Source: Candidatus Ruminimicrobiellum bubulum (GTDB taxonomy: Bacteria > Elusimicrobiota > Endomicrobiia > Endomicrobiales > Endomicrobiaceae). Taken from it: a stretch of 64,000 bases of DNA. Below, piece by piece: positions 27,291 to 36,777 of the stretch (position 1 is its first letter; each line of letters begins with the position of its first letter). Both the position numbers and the translations under genes were made by a program. The DNA is taken from contig JAGCCP010000058.1 in the NCBI GenBank assembly GCA_017651625.1, forward strand, positions 12,585 to 76,584. Direction: 5' to 3'. The notes below the pieces were generated by a model. It was not told where the DNA came from, did not search any database, and was given only the letters and a program-made list of their open reading frames with translations.

Positions 27291-28262
27291 ATGCTTATTT
27301 GGGAAAAATTTAAAAAAAATATTATTGATAATAGGTTAGTTGTTTCCGGTGATAAAATTTTGCTTGCTGTTTCCGGAGGAGCGGATTCTATGGTTATGGC
27401 AAGTTTATTTTCCATGTTAACAAAGATATTGAATATAGAACTTGTAGTTGTTAATTTTAATCATAATTTAAGAAAAGAATCCGTTAATGAAGCAAAAATT
27501 GTTAAAAAATATATTTCTTCTTTAAACATTGAATGTGTATTAAAAAATCTAAATACAAAAGAGTATGCAAAGAAAAATAATATATCGGTAGAAACAGCAG
27601 GAAGACAATTAAGATATTTGGGATTGGAAGAAGTTGCAAAAAAGTATAAGTGTAATAAAATTGCTACTGCTCATAATATGAACGATAATGCTGAAACTGT
27701 TATTATGTGGTTGTTGAGGGGGACAGGAACCGACGGGCTTACCGGTATTCCCATGATAAGAAAGATAAATAAGAATTTATCTGTGATAAGACCACTATTA
27801 CCGATATCGAGAGATTTAATAGATGATTATGCAAAGAAAAAAAGAATTACTTTTTGTACGGATAAAACGAATTTTAAGTGTGACTATACAAGGAATAAGA
27901 TAAGATTAAATCTTATTCCGCAACTTAAACAAATAAATCCTTCGGTTATAGAACACATATATAATTTATCTTGTATTATAAAAGATGAAACCGATTATTT
28001 TAAAAATAAGGTAAACTTATTCATATCAAAGTATGTAAATATCTCTAAAAAGAAAATAGTATTGAATTTAAGAGCATTTTACAGACAAGACAATATACTG
28101 CAATACAAAATTTTAAAAGAAATCCTTCCTGATAAAAAAAGATCAGTCCAAATAAATAATATTTTTACTTGGTTAAAAGATAAAGAATCTAAAAAGTATG
28201 TTATTTCTAAAATATGGATTGCAAAAAAGTTCGGACAAAAATTGTATTTTGTTTCAAAATAA
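27291..28262 (+). CDS. tilS: tRNA(Ile)-lysidine synthase
   Basis: PP-loop motif LLAVSGGADSMVMA plus ATAHNMNDNAETVIMWLLRG, typical of TilS. Confidence 0.9.
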   Translation: MLIWEKFKKNIIDNRLVVSGDKILLAVSGGADSMVMASLFSMLTKILNIELVVVNFNHNLRKESVNEAKIVKKYISSLNIECVLKNLNTKEYAKKNNISVETAGRQLRYLGLEEVAKKYKCNKIATAHNMNDNAETVIMWLLRGTGTDGLTGIPMIRKINKNLSVIRPLLPISRDLIDDYAKKKRITFCTDKTNFKCDYTRNKIRLNLIPQLKQINPSVIEHIYNLSCIIKDETDYFKNKVNLFISKYVNISKKKIVLNLRAFYRQDNILQYKILKEILPDKKRSVQINNIFTWLKDKESKKYVISKIWIAKKFGQKLYFVSK

Positions 28263-28266
28263 AATT

Positions 28267-28965
28267 TTAATCTTCTTTATATGTCGGTAAAGTTATTTTT
28301 ACCAAAGTTCCTTTTTGCTCCTCACTTGAAATGTCTATTTTCCCGTTGTGCATTTCGGTTATTTGTTGTGCAACCGTAAGTCCCATACCGATTGCCTTAG
28401 CAAGTTTTGTCGAAAACATCGGATCAAAACAGTTTTCTAATGTTTCCGCATTCATTCCTTGTCCGCAATCCGATATCGTAGTAACAACATTTTGACCTTC
28501 GATTGTTGTTGCTATGGTTATAGTTCCGTTATTTTTCATTGCATCTTCGGCATTTTTTATAATATTTGAAAAAACCTGCTTCATTCTTTCAGGATCGACA
28601 TATACTTTTACAGGAACCAAATTTTGTTCGAAAGTTATTCCGTCGATTTTATTTTCTTCAATTGCTTTTATAATTAAATTTTGTAAATCACAAACGGATT
28701 TTGTCAATTGTTTTACTCTTGTCATATCGAGAACTTCTGTTATTCTGTTATTAAGAGTTATAACTTCCTTTGATAATAAATCTAACATCTTTTTTTGAGT
28801 TTCGCTTTCCGGTTTTACGGTTTTTGACAGATAGTATGAAATATTAGAGATTCCACCTACAACATTTTTTAAATCATGAGAAGCTACCGATGCAAATTTC
28901 GATAAAACTTTATTCTTTTCAATGTTTAATTGTTTTTTTGTAAAAATATAAGTTTTTTCTTCCAT
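28267..28965 (-). CDS. Soluble minimal histidine kinase (HisKA plus HATPase_c only)
   Basis: H-box FASVASHDLKNVVGG, N-box IIKNAEDAM, G-boxes DCGQGM and GMGLTV. No TM segment or sensor domain. Confidence 0.85.
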   Translation of the reverse strand: MEEKTYIFTKKQLNIEKNKVLSKFASVASHDLKNVVGGISNISYYLSKTVKPESETQKKMLDLLSKEVITLNNRITEVLDMTRVKQLTKSVCDLQNLIIKAIEENKIDGITFEQNLVPVKVYVDPERMKQVFSNIIKNAEDAMKNNGTITIATTIEGQNVVTTISDCGQGMNAETLENCFDPMFSTKLAKAIGMGLTVAQQITEMHNGKIDISSEEQKGTLVKITLPTYKED

Positions 28966-28969
28966 GTTT

Positions 28970-30043
28970 TTATTTTCCTAATATTTTATTTATTAAGTTC
29001 ATTACACTTTCTATTTCAAAAGGTTTGTTGAGATAAAAACAACCTTTTTGTTTTACGGATTCTAAGTTTTTATCGTCGTTCAGTAAATAAATAGAACCGA
29101 TATTCGGCATTTGTTGTTGTAATTTGTCATGAAAATCTGCGATATTTGTATCTATCTTTACATTGATTAATGCAACATCAAAGAAAGAATTGTTAAGTTC
29201 TTCGTATAATTTATTGCAATCGGCATAAGATAATAAATGAAACCCTTCTTCGGCAAGAGCTTTATTTATAGGTTCAAAATCTTCCGAATCCATATTTACT
29301 AAAGCAATATTTTGTTTTCTGTTTATCTGACCTAATATTTCAAAAACTTGTTTTATATTTATAGGTGCTTTGAAGAAATTTATAGTGCCGAACTTTTCTG
29401 CTTCATCAACAAAAGAAGGATTTTGTTCTTTCTCGATAATAATCGTTTTAGGAATTTTACCGAATTTTTCTTTCAGTTTCTTCAATATATCTAATGTTTG
29501 TTTTTCTTCCTCTTCAGAATGAACTGTAACAATCAAAATATCCGGTTTATGTTTGAACATAAAAGAAACTTTAGCAAGATCTATTTCGCTGGAGGCAACA
29601 TTTAAACCGCAATTTTTTAAAGAATTCAAAAACTTTTGATCGATATTTGCATCTTTGTCTATAACTACCGCAAAAGGTCTTGATGTTATATCTTTAATGG
29701 TAGATAAAACAGTTTCTATCTCAAATGGTTTACTTAAACATGCAAAAGCGCCGGTATTTAATGCATCCGTGATCAAATCGTTGAGAGCATATGCCGTCAT
29801 CATTACGCCTATAATATCCGGCTTGATTTTTTTGATTTCTTTAAAAGTTTCATTTCCCGTTATTCCGGGCATTCTTATATCTGAGAATAAAATGTTAAAT
29901 TCTTCTTTTTTTGCAAGTTCTATTGCTTTATATCCGTCTTCGGCCGTTTTTACTTCGTATCCTTCCAATTCAAGAATACTTGCTAATGATAATCTCAAAG
30001 AATCTTCATCATCAACAATTAAAATTTTTAGTTTGTCTGTCAT
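28970..30043 (-). CDS. Response-regulator protein with one canonical and two degenerate receiver domains and no output domain
   Basis: REC1 has ILIVDDED, FSDIRMPG, MMTAY and SKPF. REC2 (ILIVTVHSE...KAP) and REC3 (VALINVKID...NKPF) lack the phospho-acceptor Asp. Confidence 0.85.
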   Translation of the reverse strand: MTDKLKILIVDDEDSLRLSLASILELEGYEVKTAEDGYKAIELAKKEEFNILFSDIRMPGITGNETFKEIKKIKPDIIGVMMTAYALNDLITDALNTGAFACLSKPFEIETVLSTIKDITSRPFAVVIDKDANIDQKFLNSLKNCGLNVASSEIDLAKVSFMFKHKPDILIVTVHSEEEEKQTLDILKKLKEKFGKIPKTIIIEKEQNPSFVDEAEKFGTINFFKAPINIKQVFEILGQINRKQNIALVNMDSEDFEPINKALAEEGFHLLSYADCNKLYEELNNSFFDVALINVKIDTNIADFHDKLQQQMPNIGSIYLLNDDKNLESVKQKGCFYLNKPFEIESVMNLINKILGK

Positions 30044-30052
30044 AAAAAACTC

Positions 30053-31612
30053 CTATTGTAAAGGTATCTCTATTTTAAAAGTAGTTCCTACATTTTTAGT
30101 ACTTGTTACCGTAATTTTACCTTGATGTGCATCGATAATTTCTTTTACTATCGGTAATCCCAAACCTATACCTTTTAACTTTGTAGTAAACAATGGTTCA
30201 AACAAATGAGAAAGAGTCTCTTCGCTCATTCCACAGGCATTATCTTTTATTAAAATTTGGCACGTATTTCCTATTTTTTTAGTTGTTATGTTTATTTCTC
30301 CGCCTTCCGGAGGCATAGCATCTCTTGCATTTGTAATGAGGTTTATTAATACCTGTGTAATTTTATCCGGATCCATAACAACATCAAATTTTTCAAGATT
30401 TGTTGTTATTAATATGTTAGAAGGAACAGGAACTGCGGGAATAACCTTATTCACGAAAGAAACAATATCAACGGAAAGTTTATTTAATTTTTTTGTTCTC
30501 GAATAGTCGAGCAAATCGGTTATAATTTTGTTTGCTCTTAACACTTCCGATGACAACATATTTACCATTTGTTTAGATTTGTTATCACTATATGCACCCA
30601 TTTTAGATAAGAAATAAGAAATATTTTTTATTGCAGCCAAAGGATTTCTTAATTCATGAGCTACGGAAGAAGCAAGTCTACCTATGGTTGCAAATTTTTC
30701 TGATTTTATCAAATCCTGTTGGATGTTTTGAACTTTGTCCAGTGTTTCTTCCAATTCCTGACTTCTTTGTTCAAATGCAACTTTAAGGTTTAATAGTTCC
30801 TTTTTCTCCTTATTCAATTCTCTTATATGTATTTCCATATCGCTTGCCATAAAATTAAAAGAAGAAGCAAGTTCCCTAAATTCATCATTAGAATTTAAAG
30901 GAACTCTGTATCCCAAATTTCCTGCGGCAATTTTTTTTGTTCCGAGCATTAATTCTTTTATAGGTTTTACTATTATTTTTACCAAGAAGAAAGACATTAT
31001 TATTCCGGCAAAAACAACGACTAAAGTAATTATGATTATACTTTTTGTCATTTTTTCTATTTGATAATTTATTCTCTCAAGAGTAATACCTACTCTTACA
31101 GCACCTATTATTATTTCTTTCTTGGTGGTTTTTAATTGTATGGTGGGATTGTAATCGTAAGATATTATAGGTACTACAATATCTAAAACTTCACCAATGT
31201 TAGGCAAAACATTAACTTCTTTTATTAATCTGTTCTTTTCAAGTTCGGCTATTGTATTATTATCAATAGATGCTGCGGAAACAAAGTGTACTATATCTTC
31301 GTTTGTAATACATTCTCTTGATAGAAGAACACCGTTTACATCGTAAATAACGGAATAAATAACATCTTCTTCTTTTAAATTGTTTTTTGTAAGATGAGCC
31401 AAAAATTCTTTGCTTGAAGTTGAAACACCATACTCACTTGATGTCGCCAACGAATTCGCTAATATGATTGCTCTGTTTTCGGTAAAGTTTATTAACAATA
31501 ATGATTGTGCAGTAACGAAAAACCAAGTTAAAGCAATTGATGTAAAGATTATTATGGAAGAAATTATTAGTATAAATTTAACACTTAATCCGAAGTATAT
31601 TCTTTTTCTCAT
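30053..31612 (-). CDS. Membrane sensor histidine kinase (periplasmic sensor, HAMP, HisKA, HATPase_c)
   Basis: Two TM helices bracket an extracytoplasmic domain of about 170 aa. HAMP (IKELMLGTKKIAAGNL), H-box SSVAHELRNPL, N-box LINLITNARDAM, G-boxes DNACGM and GIGLGL. Confidence 0.9.
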   Translation of the reverse strand: MRKRIYFGLSVKFILIISSIIIFTSIALTWFFVTAQSLLLINFTENRAIILANSLATSSEYGVSTSSKEFLAHLTKNNLKEEDVIYSVIYDVNGVLLSRECITNEDIVHFVSAASIDNNTIAELEKNRLIKEVNVLPNIGEVLDIVVPIISYDYNPTIQLKTTKKEIIIGAVRVGITLERINYQIEKMTKSIIIITLVVVFAGIIMSFFLVKIIVKPIKELMLGTKKIAAGNLGYRVPLNSNDEFRELASSFNFMASDMEIHIRELNKEKKELLNLKVAFEQRSQELEETLDKVQNIQQDLIKSEKFATIGRLASSVAHELRNPLAAIKNISYFLSKMGAYSDNKSKQMVNMLSSEVLRANKIITDLLDYSRTKKLNKLSVDIVSFVNKVIPAVPVPSNILITTNLEKFDVVMDPDKITQVLINLITNARDAMPPEGGEINITTKKIGNTCQILIKDNACGMSEETLSHLFEPLFTTKLKGIGLGLPIVKEIIDAHQGKITVTSTKNVGTTFKIEIPLQ

Positions 31613-31643
31613 AATTTCTAAAGGGGTGGCAAGTTTAATTAAA

Positions 31644-31716
31644 AGCCGACGAAAGGACTTGAACCTTCGACCGATGGTTTACAAAACCATTGCTCTACCA
31701 ACTGAGCTACGTCGGC
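31644..31716 (-). tRNA. tRNA-Thr (anticodon TGT)
   Basis: The reverse complement GCCGACGTAGCTCAGTTGGTAGAGCAATGGTTTTGTAAACCATCGGTCGAAGGTTCAAGTCCTTTCGTCGGCT folds as a canonical cloverleaf. No encoded CCA. Confidence 0.9.
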
Positions 31717-31844
31717 ATAAATATCTTATGTGCTAAAGGATACAAAAATATTAAATTTTTGTCAATTGAAATTTGTTTGTAGATTTATGCTTTAAAAAAA
31801 GATACAATTACGAAAGCCGTTGCTGATTTGTGGAGTTCTTAATA

Positions 31845-32897
31845 ATGAATTTGGTAAAAACAATTATTTTACAAGTAGGAGTACTTTTCTTTTTTTCAAA
31901 CTTTTTGTTTGCTGAGTTTACGATAGGTTTGTATGGTGTAAAAACATCAAGTGATGTAGTATTGGCAAAAGAAGCAGGTTTTAATTGTGTTCAAACATAT
32001 ATATCTGAACCTGCAACCATAAATTTACTTGCTGAAGAAGCAATGAAAAATGATATTAAATTGGTAGTTTATCCTACAAAAATAATGACTTCCAAATATA
32101 AAGAGAAAGCAAAAAACTATCCGATAAAAGCTTGGTATTTGTTTGATGAACCTGATGTATGGAAAATATCGAGAGAAAAGTTGATTTCTCTTAATACTAA
32201 TGTAAAAAAAATATATCCGGATATTCAAACAACTTTTGTTTTGGGGCAGGGTTTTCCTTCGGTTCCCTATTATGATATAGCCGATATATTGATGGTAGAT
32301 TGGTATCCCGTACCGCACTTACCGTTGGAAAGTTTTGGCGAAAATATTGCTTTGGCAAAACAAGGGCTTATAATGATGGGAGAAGAAGAAAAAGAACTCT
32401 GGGCTGTAGTTCAACTCTTTGATTGGAAGGAATACAAACAATACAGAAAAGATGAAGATAGAATAGGAAGATTTCCAAAAAAAGAAGAAATAAAATTTAT
32501 GTCGTATGATGCAATTTTTAATGGAGCTACAGGTTTGTTTTATTTTACTTGTTATTCTGAAGGTAAACCTTTGTCGGAAGCAAAACCTAAAGATTGGATA
32601 AAAACGGTTGAAGTCATACAAGAAATGTCTTTCGTTGGAGAAATTATAGATAATGGAAAGGAAATCGAAAATCCGATAGAAATAAAAGAACCTTTGAAAG
32701 CAAAAAGTTTTGAGTATGGTGGAATAAAATATACATTTGTTATGAATCCTACATCAAAGAGACAAAGTTTACCGTCATTATTTTTTCAACCTCAATTTGA
32801 TATCATGTATGAAAAAAGTACAAATATAAAAAAAATAATGAGACAAGCAAAAAATAATTTGCAACCGTATAGTGTTCTTGCTTTCAGATATGAGTAA
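31845..32897 (+). CDS. Secreted hypothetical protein, possibly a TIM-barrel glycoside-hydrolase-like fold
   Basis: Signal peptide. WYLFDEPDVW resembles the (N/D)EP acid/base strand of clan GH-A enzymes. The track start 31830 is a GTG; ATG 31845 is preferred. The product call is weak. Confidence 0.45.
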   Translation: MNLVKTIILQVGVLFFFSNFLFAEFTIGLYGVKTSSDVVLAKEAGFNCVQTYISEPATINLLAEEAMKNDIKLVVYPTKIMTSKYKEKAKNYPIKAWYLFDEPDVWKISREKLISLNTNVKKIYPDIQTTFVLGQGFPSVPYYDIADILMVDWYPVPHLPLESFGENIALAKQGLIMMGEEEKELWAVVQLFDWKEYKQYRKDEDRIGRFPKKEEIKFMSYDAIFNGATGLFYFTCYSEGKPLSEAKPKDWIKTVEVIQEMSFVGEIIDNGKEIENPIEIKEPLKAKSFEYGGIKYTFVMNPTSKRQSLPSLFFQPQFDIMYEKSTNIKKIMRQAKNNLQPYSVLAFRYE

Positions 32898-32904
32898 TTT
32901 AAAC

Positions 32905-32933
32905 TTGACAAAATACACATATTTTTGTAATGT
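32905..32933 (+). promoter_or_regulatory. Sigma70-like promoter candidate
   Basis: TTGACA, a 17-nt spacer, then TAATGT, upstream of the ORF at 32974. Confidence 0.4.
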
Positions 32934-32973
32934 TAATGAAATGTTTATTTAATAAAGGAGGGGCGGTAACAGT

Positions 32974-33498
32974 ATGTTAAAAAAGTTAGTAGTTTTTTCG
33001 GTGTTTTTTTTCTTAGGGGTATCAGGTGCAATGGCAGATATAGTTGTTAATGCCGAGGGAAAAGTACAAAAATATCCTGATGGTAGCACATTAAATGTGT
33101 CTGCTGCCAAAAATATATATACGGAGTATTTCGGGTTTAAAGCTTTCATTCCTAAAGGTGAAAGAATATCTATGAGATTTTCTGATAAAGATGAAAATAG
33201 AATGGTTTATTGTTCGGGAAATAAATTTAACGATGTCAAGATCGGAGATACTTTGTTTTCAACCGATAAAGATACATCTTTTGTAATTTCCCAAGATGGA
33301 AATTTAAAAGTAGAGAAGGGTAGTTTGGTTGTAAAAGATAAAGATGAAAATGTTGCTATTTTGGCTCAGGGTAATACCTACAGAATAGAAATGGATTCAT
33401 CATTGGATTCTTTTGTGCCTATAAGTGAACCTTCAAATGAAAGTTATGAACAGATACAGAAAGACTTTGTATTAAGTCCTTCTGCACCAAGAAATTAG
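32974..33498 (+). CDS. Secreted hypothetical protein (174 aa)
   Basis: AGGAGG SD and signal peptide MLKKLVVFSVFFFLGVSGAMA/D. No recognised domain. Confidence 0.55.
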   Translation: MLKKLVVFSVFFFLGVSGAMADIVVNAEGKVQKYPDGSTLNVSAAKNIYTEYFGFKAFIPKGERISMRFSDKDENRMVYCSGNKFNDVKIGDTLFSTDKDTSFVISQDGNLKVEKGSLVVKDKDENVAILAQGNTYRIEMDSSLDSFVPISEPSNESYEQIQKDFVLSPSAPRN

Positions 33499-33508
33499 GA
33501 GTTATAAA

Positions 33509-34636
33509 ATGAAAAGAATAGCATCTTTATTAACATTAATGTTTTTAGTTGTATCCGTTGCATATGCGGATAAACCGTTGCAGTTTATATTTTCCGAAGA
33601 TATAAGTTATGATGATAATATTTATTCAACCAAGGATGATAAAAAATCTTCGGCAATAAGTTCCTCTCAATTGTTTGCAAAATATTCCAGTAATATTCCT
33701 AATTCCGGATTAAAAATCGGTGCAAATGCAAACGTTGGATATAATGCATACTCCGAAGAGCCTGCAAAAAATGATTATATTAATGCCGGTGCAGGCCTTA
33801 ATATTGGAAATAGTAAGTTTTCTTTAGATGAAAAGTTTTTATACACTGCAGATCCTGCAACGTCTGAATTGACTGAAAGAGCAAAAAGAATAAACAATAC
33901 TGCATCATTTAGATTTAAAACATCCTTGGAAAAAATGTTTTCAATCGGCTTTGTAGTATCTGATATTTTTGATAAATACATAGATGATGAGTACAAGAGT
34001 TTAAATAGAAATCGTATAAATGCAGGAGCTCAGTTGTATTACAATGTATCACCTAAAACTTCGTTCTATTTCGCATACTTATTTTCGAACATAAAATATG
34101 AAGATAATGAAAATTATGATTCTACAGGAAATAGTTTCAGCTTAGGTGTAAATGGTAGTATTGCTAAGAAAATGAAAGGAACGGCACAAATTTCTTATGA
34201 TACCAGAAGTTATGATAAAGAAGTTGAAGGTACGGACAAAGACTTTGGTATTTTCGGATATTTACTTTCTTTAACATATGAGCCTACAGCCAAAGATTCT
34301 ATCATTTTAAGTGGTGAAAGAAAAATGGAAGAATCCACTTTTGCTAATAACAGATATTATATATCAACTGAAATCGGATTGGAATATAAACATAAAATAC
34401 AACAAAAGTGGACACTTGGTTTGTTAGCATCCTACGAAAATATCGGTTATCCGGAAACTGTTGATAATCTTAACAGAACGGATGATTTGATAAAAGTAAA
34501 ACCTTCGATAGAATATAAGTTTAAAGATTATTTATTTGCAAGCCTTTGGTACCAATTTAAGAACAAAGCATCAAATTATGAAGCTGTAGAATACTTAGAT
34601 AACAAAGTTGGTATACAAATGAAGTTATGTTTCTAA
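33509..34636 (+). CDS. Putative outer-membrane beta-barrel protein
   Basis: Signal peptide, alternating aromatic/hydrophilic beta-strand pattern, Y/G/N-rich composition, and a C-terminal ...IQMKLCF ending in Phe. Confidence 0.55.
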   Translation: MKRIASLLTLMFLVVSVAYADKPLQFIFSEDISYDDNIYSTKDDKKSSAISSSQLFAKYSSNIPNSGLKIGANANVGYNAYSEEPAKNDYINAGAGLNIGNSKFSLDEKFLYTADPATSELTERAKRINNTASFRFKTSLEKMFSIGFVVSDIFDKYIDDEYKSLNRNRINAGAQLYYNVSPKTSFYFAYLFSNIKYEDNENYDSTGNSFSLGVNGSIAKKMKGTAQISYDTRSYDKEVEGTDKDFGIFGYLLSLTYEPTAKDSIILSGERKMEESTFANNRYYISTEIGLEYKHKIQQKWTLGLLASYENIGYPETVDNLNRTDDLIKVKPSIEYKFKDYLFASLWYQFKNKASNYEAVEYLDNKVGIQMKLCF

Positions 34637-35085
34637 GAATTTAGTTTATTTTCGTAAAGATTTAGTATAAGACTTTTTATATTGTTTGCAGCTTTTTTAA
34701 ATTTTTTACCTTCGAGAGATATAGGATCTTCTATATCTCTCGTTTTATTTGATACGAATTGTTCCAATATATATATTTTATCGGAATATTCTGAGTATTT
34801 GTCGGTAATTTCATCATATTGGCGTTTTGTCATAACAAAAATAAAATCGCTTGAAGCAATGTCTTGTTTACTATATTGTATTGGTGTGTGATTTGTATAG
34901 ATAATGTTGTTTTCAGCCAAAAAATCTTTTATTTTTTTTGGAACCGTGATATAATCCAAAACATAAGTTCCTCTGGATATTACCTCAATATCATTCCTAT
35001 TATCTTTTTTTAAGAGATATTTTAGAATTTCTTGAGAAATAAAACTTCTACAAATGTTGGCATGACATATAAAGCATATTTTCAT
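34633..35085 (-). CDS. Low-molecular-weight protein tyrosine/arginine phosphatase family protein
   Basis: P-loop CHANICRS (C-x5-R-S) at the N-terminus. ATG at 35085 is preferred over the track's TTG at 35103. Confidence 0.8.
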   Translation of the reverse strand: MKICFICHANICRSFISQEILKYLLKKDNRNDIEVISRGTYVLDYITVPKKIKDFLAENNIIYTNHTPIQYSKQDIASSDFIFVMTKRQYDEITDKYSEYSDKIYILEQFVSNKTRDIEDPISLEGKKFKKAANNIKSLILNLYENKLNS

Positions 35086-35173
35086 AATAAAAGAATATAT
35101 CAAATTTAAATTATAGTTTAAAGTGTTAATTTTTATTGTAAATAAATTTTATTTTTTATAAAATAAAAAAGCT

Positions 35174-36031
35174 ATGAATATTATAAAAGATATAGATGAA
35201 ATAGTTTCTTTAGCACTTAAAGAAGATTGTGCATATAACGATGTTACTTCCAAAAGTTTGAATTTGGAAGGTAAAAATGCTTCTGCTGTTTTAATAGCAA
35301 AAGGCAACGGAATTTTGTGTGGTGTCGATGCTTTTAAACATGTACTTTTAAGATTAAGCAAGAAATTTAAGTTTAAAGTATTTAAAAAAGATGCTCAAAT
35401 CGTAAAAAAAGGTGATGTTATACTAACCGTTAAAGGTCCTGCGGCACCATTACTTGCAGGTGAAAGAACAGCATTGAATTTTATACAAAAACTTTCCGGT
35501 ATAGCGACGACAACAAATCAATTTGTTAAAATTATAAAAGGTTCTAAAGCGGGAATTTTCGATACAAGGAAAACACTTCCGGGCTTTAGAAATGTGTCAA
35601 AATATGCCGTTAGATGCGGTGGAGGGAAAAACCATAGAATGAATTTGTCCGATATGGTTTTAATAAAAGATAACCATTTGGCATTAATAGACGATTTAAC
35701 TTTAAAAGTTAAAGAAATAAGGAAAAAGTATAAAAAATTAAAAGTCCTTATAGAATGTGAACATGAACAACATGTTAGAAATGCAATAGCTGCAAAAGCA
35801 GATATTATAATGCTCGATAATATGAAGCAAAAAGATTTGGTAAAGATGGTAAAACTCATAAGATCGAGTTCAACATCTACATATAAACCCTTAATAGAAA
35901 TTTCCGGCGGAGTTAATTTTAAAACAATAAAAAATTATGCAAAGCTCGGGATTGAAAGAATATCAATAGGAATGATTACTCATTCCGCACCGTCGTTAGA
36001 TATTTCTTTGGAAGTTGATGTTCATAAATAA
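35174..36031 (+). CDS. nadC: Nicotinate-nucleotide diphosphorylase (carboxylating), also called quinolinate phosphoribosyltransferase
   Basis: Motifs AGERTALNF, DTRKT.PG.R...KYAV..GGG.NHR and IMLDNM. Confidence 0.9.
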   Translation: MNIIKDIDEIVSLALKEDCAYNDVTSKSLNLEGKNASAVLIAKGNGILCGVDAFKHVLLRLSKKFKFKVFKKDAQIVKKGDVILTVKGPAAPLLAGERTALNFIQKLSGIATTTNQFVKIIKGSKAGIFDTRKTLPGFRNVSKYAVRCGGGKNHRMNLSDMVLIKDNHLALIDDLTLKVKEIRKKYKKLKVLIECEHEQHVRNAIAAKADIIMLDNMKQKDLVKMVKLIRSSSTSTYKPLIEISGGVNFKTIKNYAKLGIERISIGMITHSAPSLDISLEVDVHK

Positions 36032-36046
36032 CTATCGGAAGTAAAC

Positions 36047-36775
36047 ATGCCTCATTTTTATGTTGATCCAAAAGATATAAAAGATAAAAATTTCGTTATA
36101 GAAAACGAACAGTTTCATTATTTGTCTACCGTTCGAAGATTTTCCATCGGTGATGAAATAAATATATTTGACGGTTTAGGTAATTCTTATAAAGCAAGAA
36201 TAGATAATATAGACAGAAACAGTATGTCGGGAATAATATTATCTTCAAAAACTCATATCTTGCCGACAAGAGAAATTTCGTTATATACCGCAATACCAAA
36301 AGGGGAAAGATTTGATTGGCTTATAGAAAAAGCAGGTGAAATAGGTGTATCAAAAATTGTTCCGATTATATATATGAGAAGTGTGGTAAAGGAATTATCC
36401 GATAATAAAGTTGAAAGATACAAAAAAATATCAATAGCGGCAAGTTCTCAGAGTTGGCGAGCAGACATTATGCCTGTCTATAATCCCGTAAATTTTGATG
36501 AAGCTGTAGCAAGATTAGCTTCTAAAAAAAGTACATTAAATGTGTTGCCATGGGAAAGTGAACAAGAAAACAATATTTTTGACTTGTTAAAAGAAAACAA
36601 AGAAATAAAAAATATAAATATATTTATTGGCCCCGAAGGCGGTTTTGATAAAACGGAAATAGATTTTGCATTGAAAAACAATTTTAAAACCGTAACTTTG
36701 GGAAAAAATATTTTAAGAGTTGAAACTGCAGCAATAGTTTCCGCAAGCATTATAACATCAATTTATAATTTATAA
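36047..36775 (+). CDS. rsmE: 16S rRNA (uracil1498-N3)-methyltransferase
   Basis: N-terminal PHFYV, WLIEKAGEIGVSKIVP, and C-terminal IGPEGGF....LG..ILR.ETA motifs. Confidence 0.85.
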   Translation: MPHFYVDPKDIKDKNFVIENEQFHYLSTVRRFSIGDEINIFDGLGNSYKARIDNIDRNSMSGIILSSKTHILPTREISLYTAIPKGERFDWLIEKAGEIGVSKIVPIIYMRSVVKELSDNKVERYKKISIAASSQSWRADIMPVYNPVNFDEAVARLASKKSTLNVLPWESEQENNIFDLLKENKEIKNINIFIGPEGGFDKTEIDFALKNNFKTVTLGKNILRVETAAIVSASIITSIYNL

Positions 36776-36777
36776 TC

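Noticed and set aside
31410-31736. A 108-aa plus-strand ORF spanning the kinase start and tRNA-Thr
   Set aside because: It overlaps a confidently folded tRNA and the N-terminal TM region of the kinase on the other strand.
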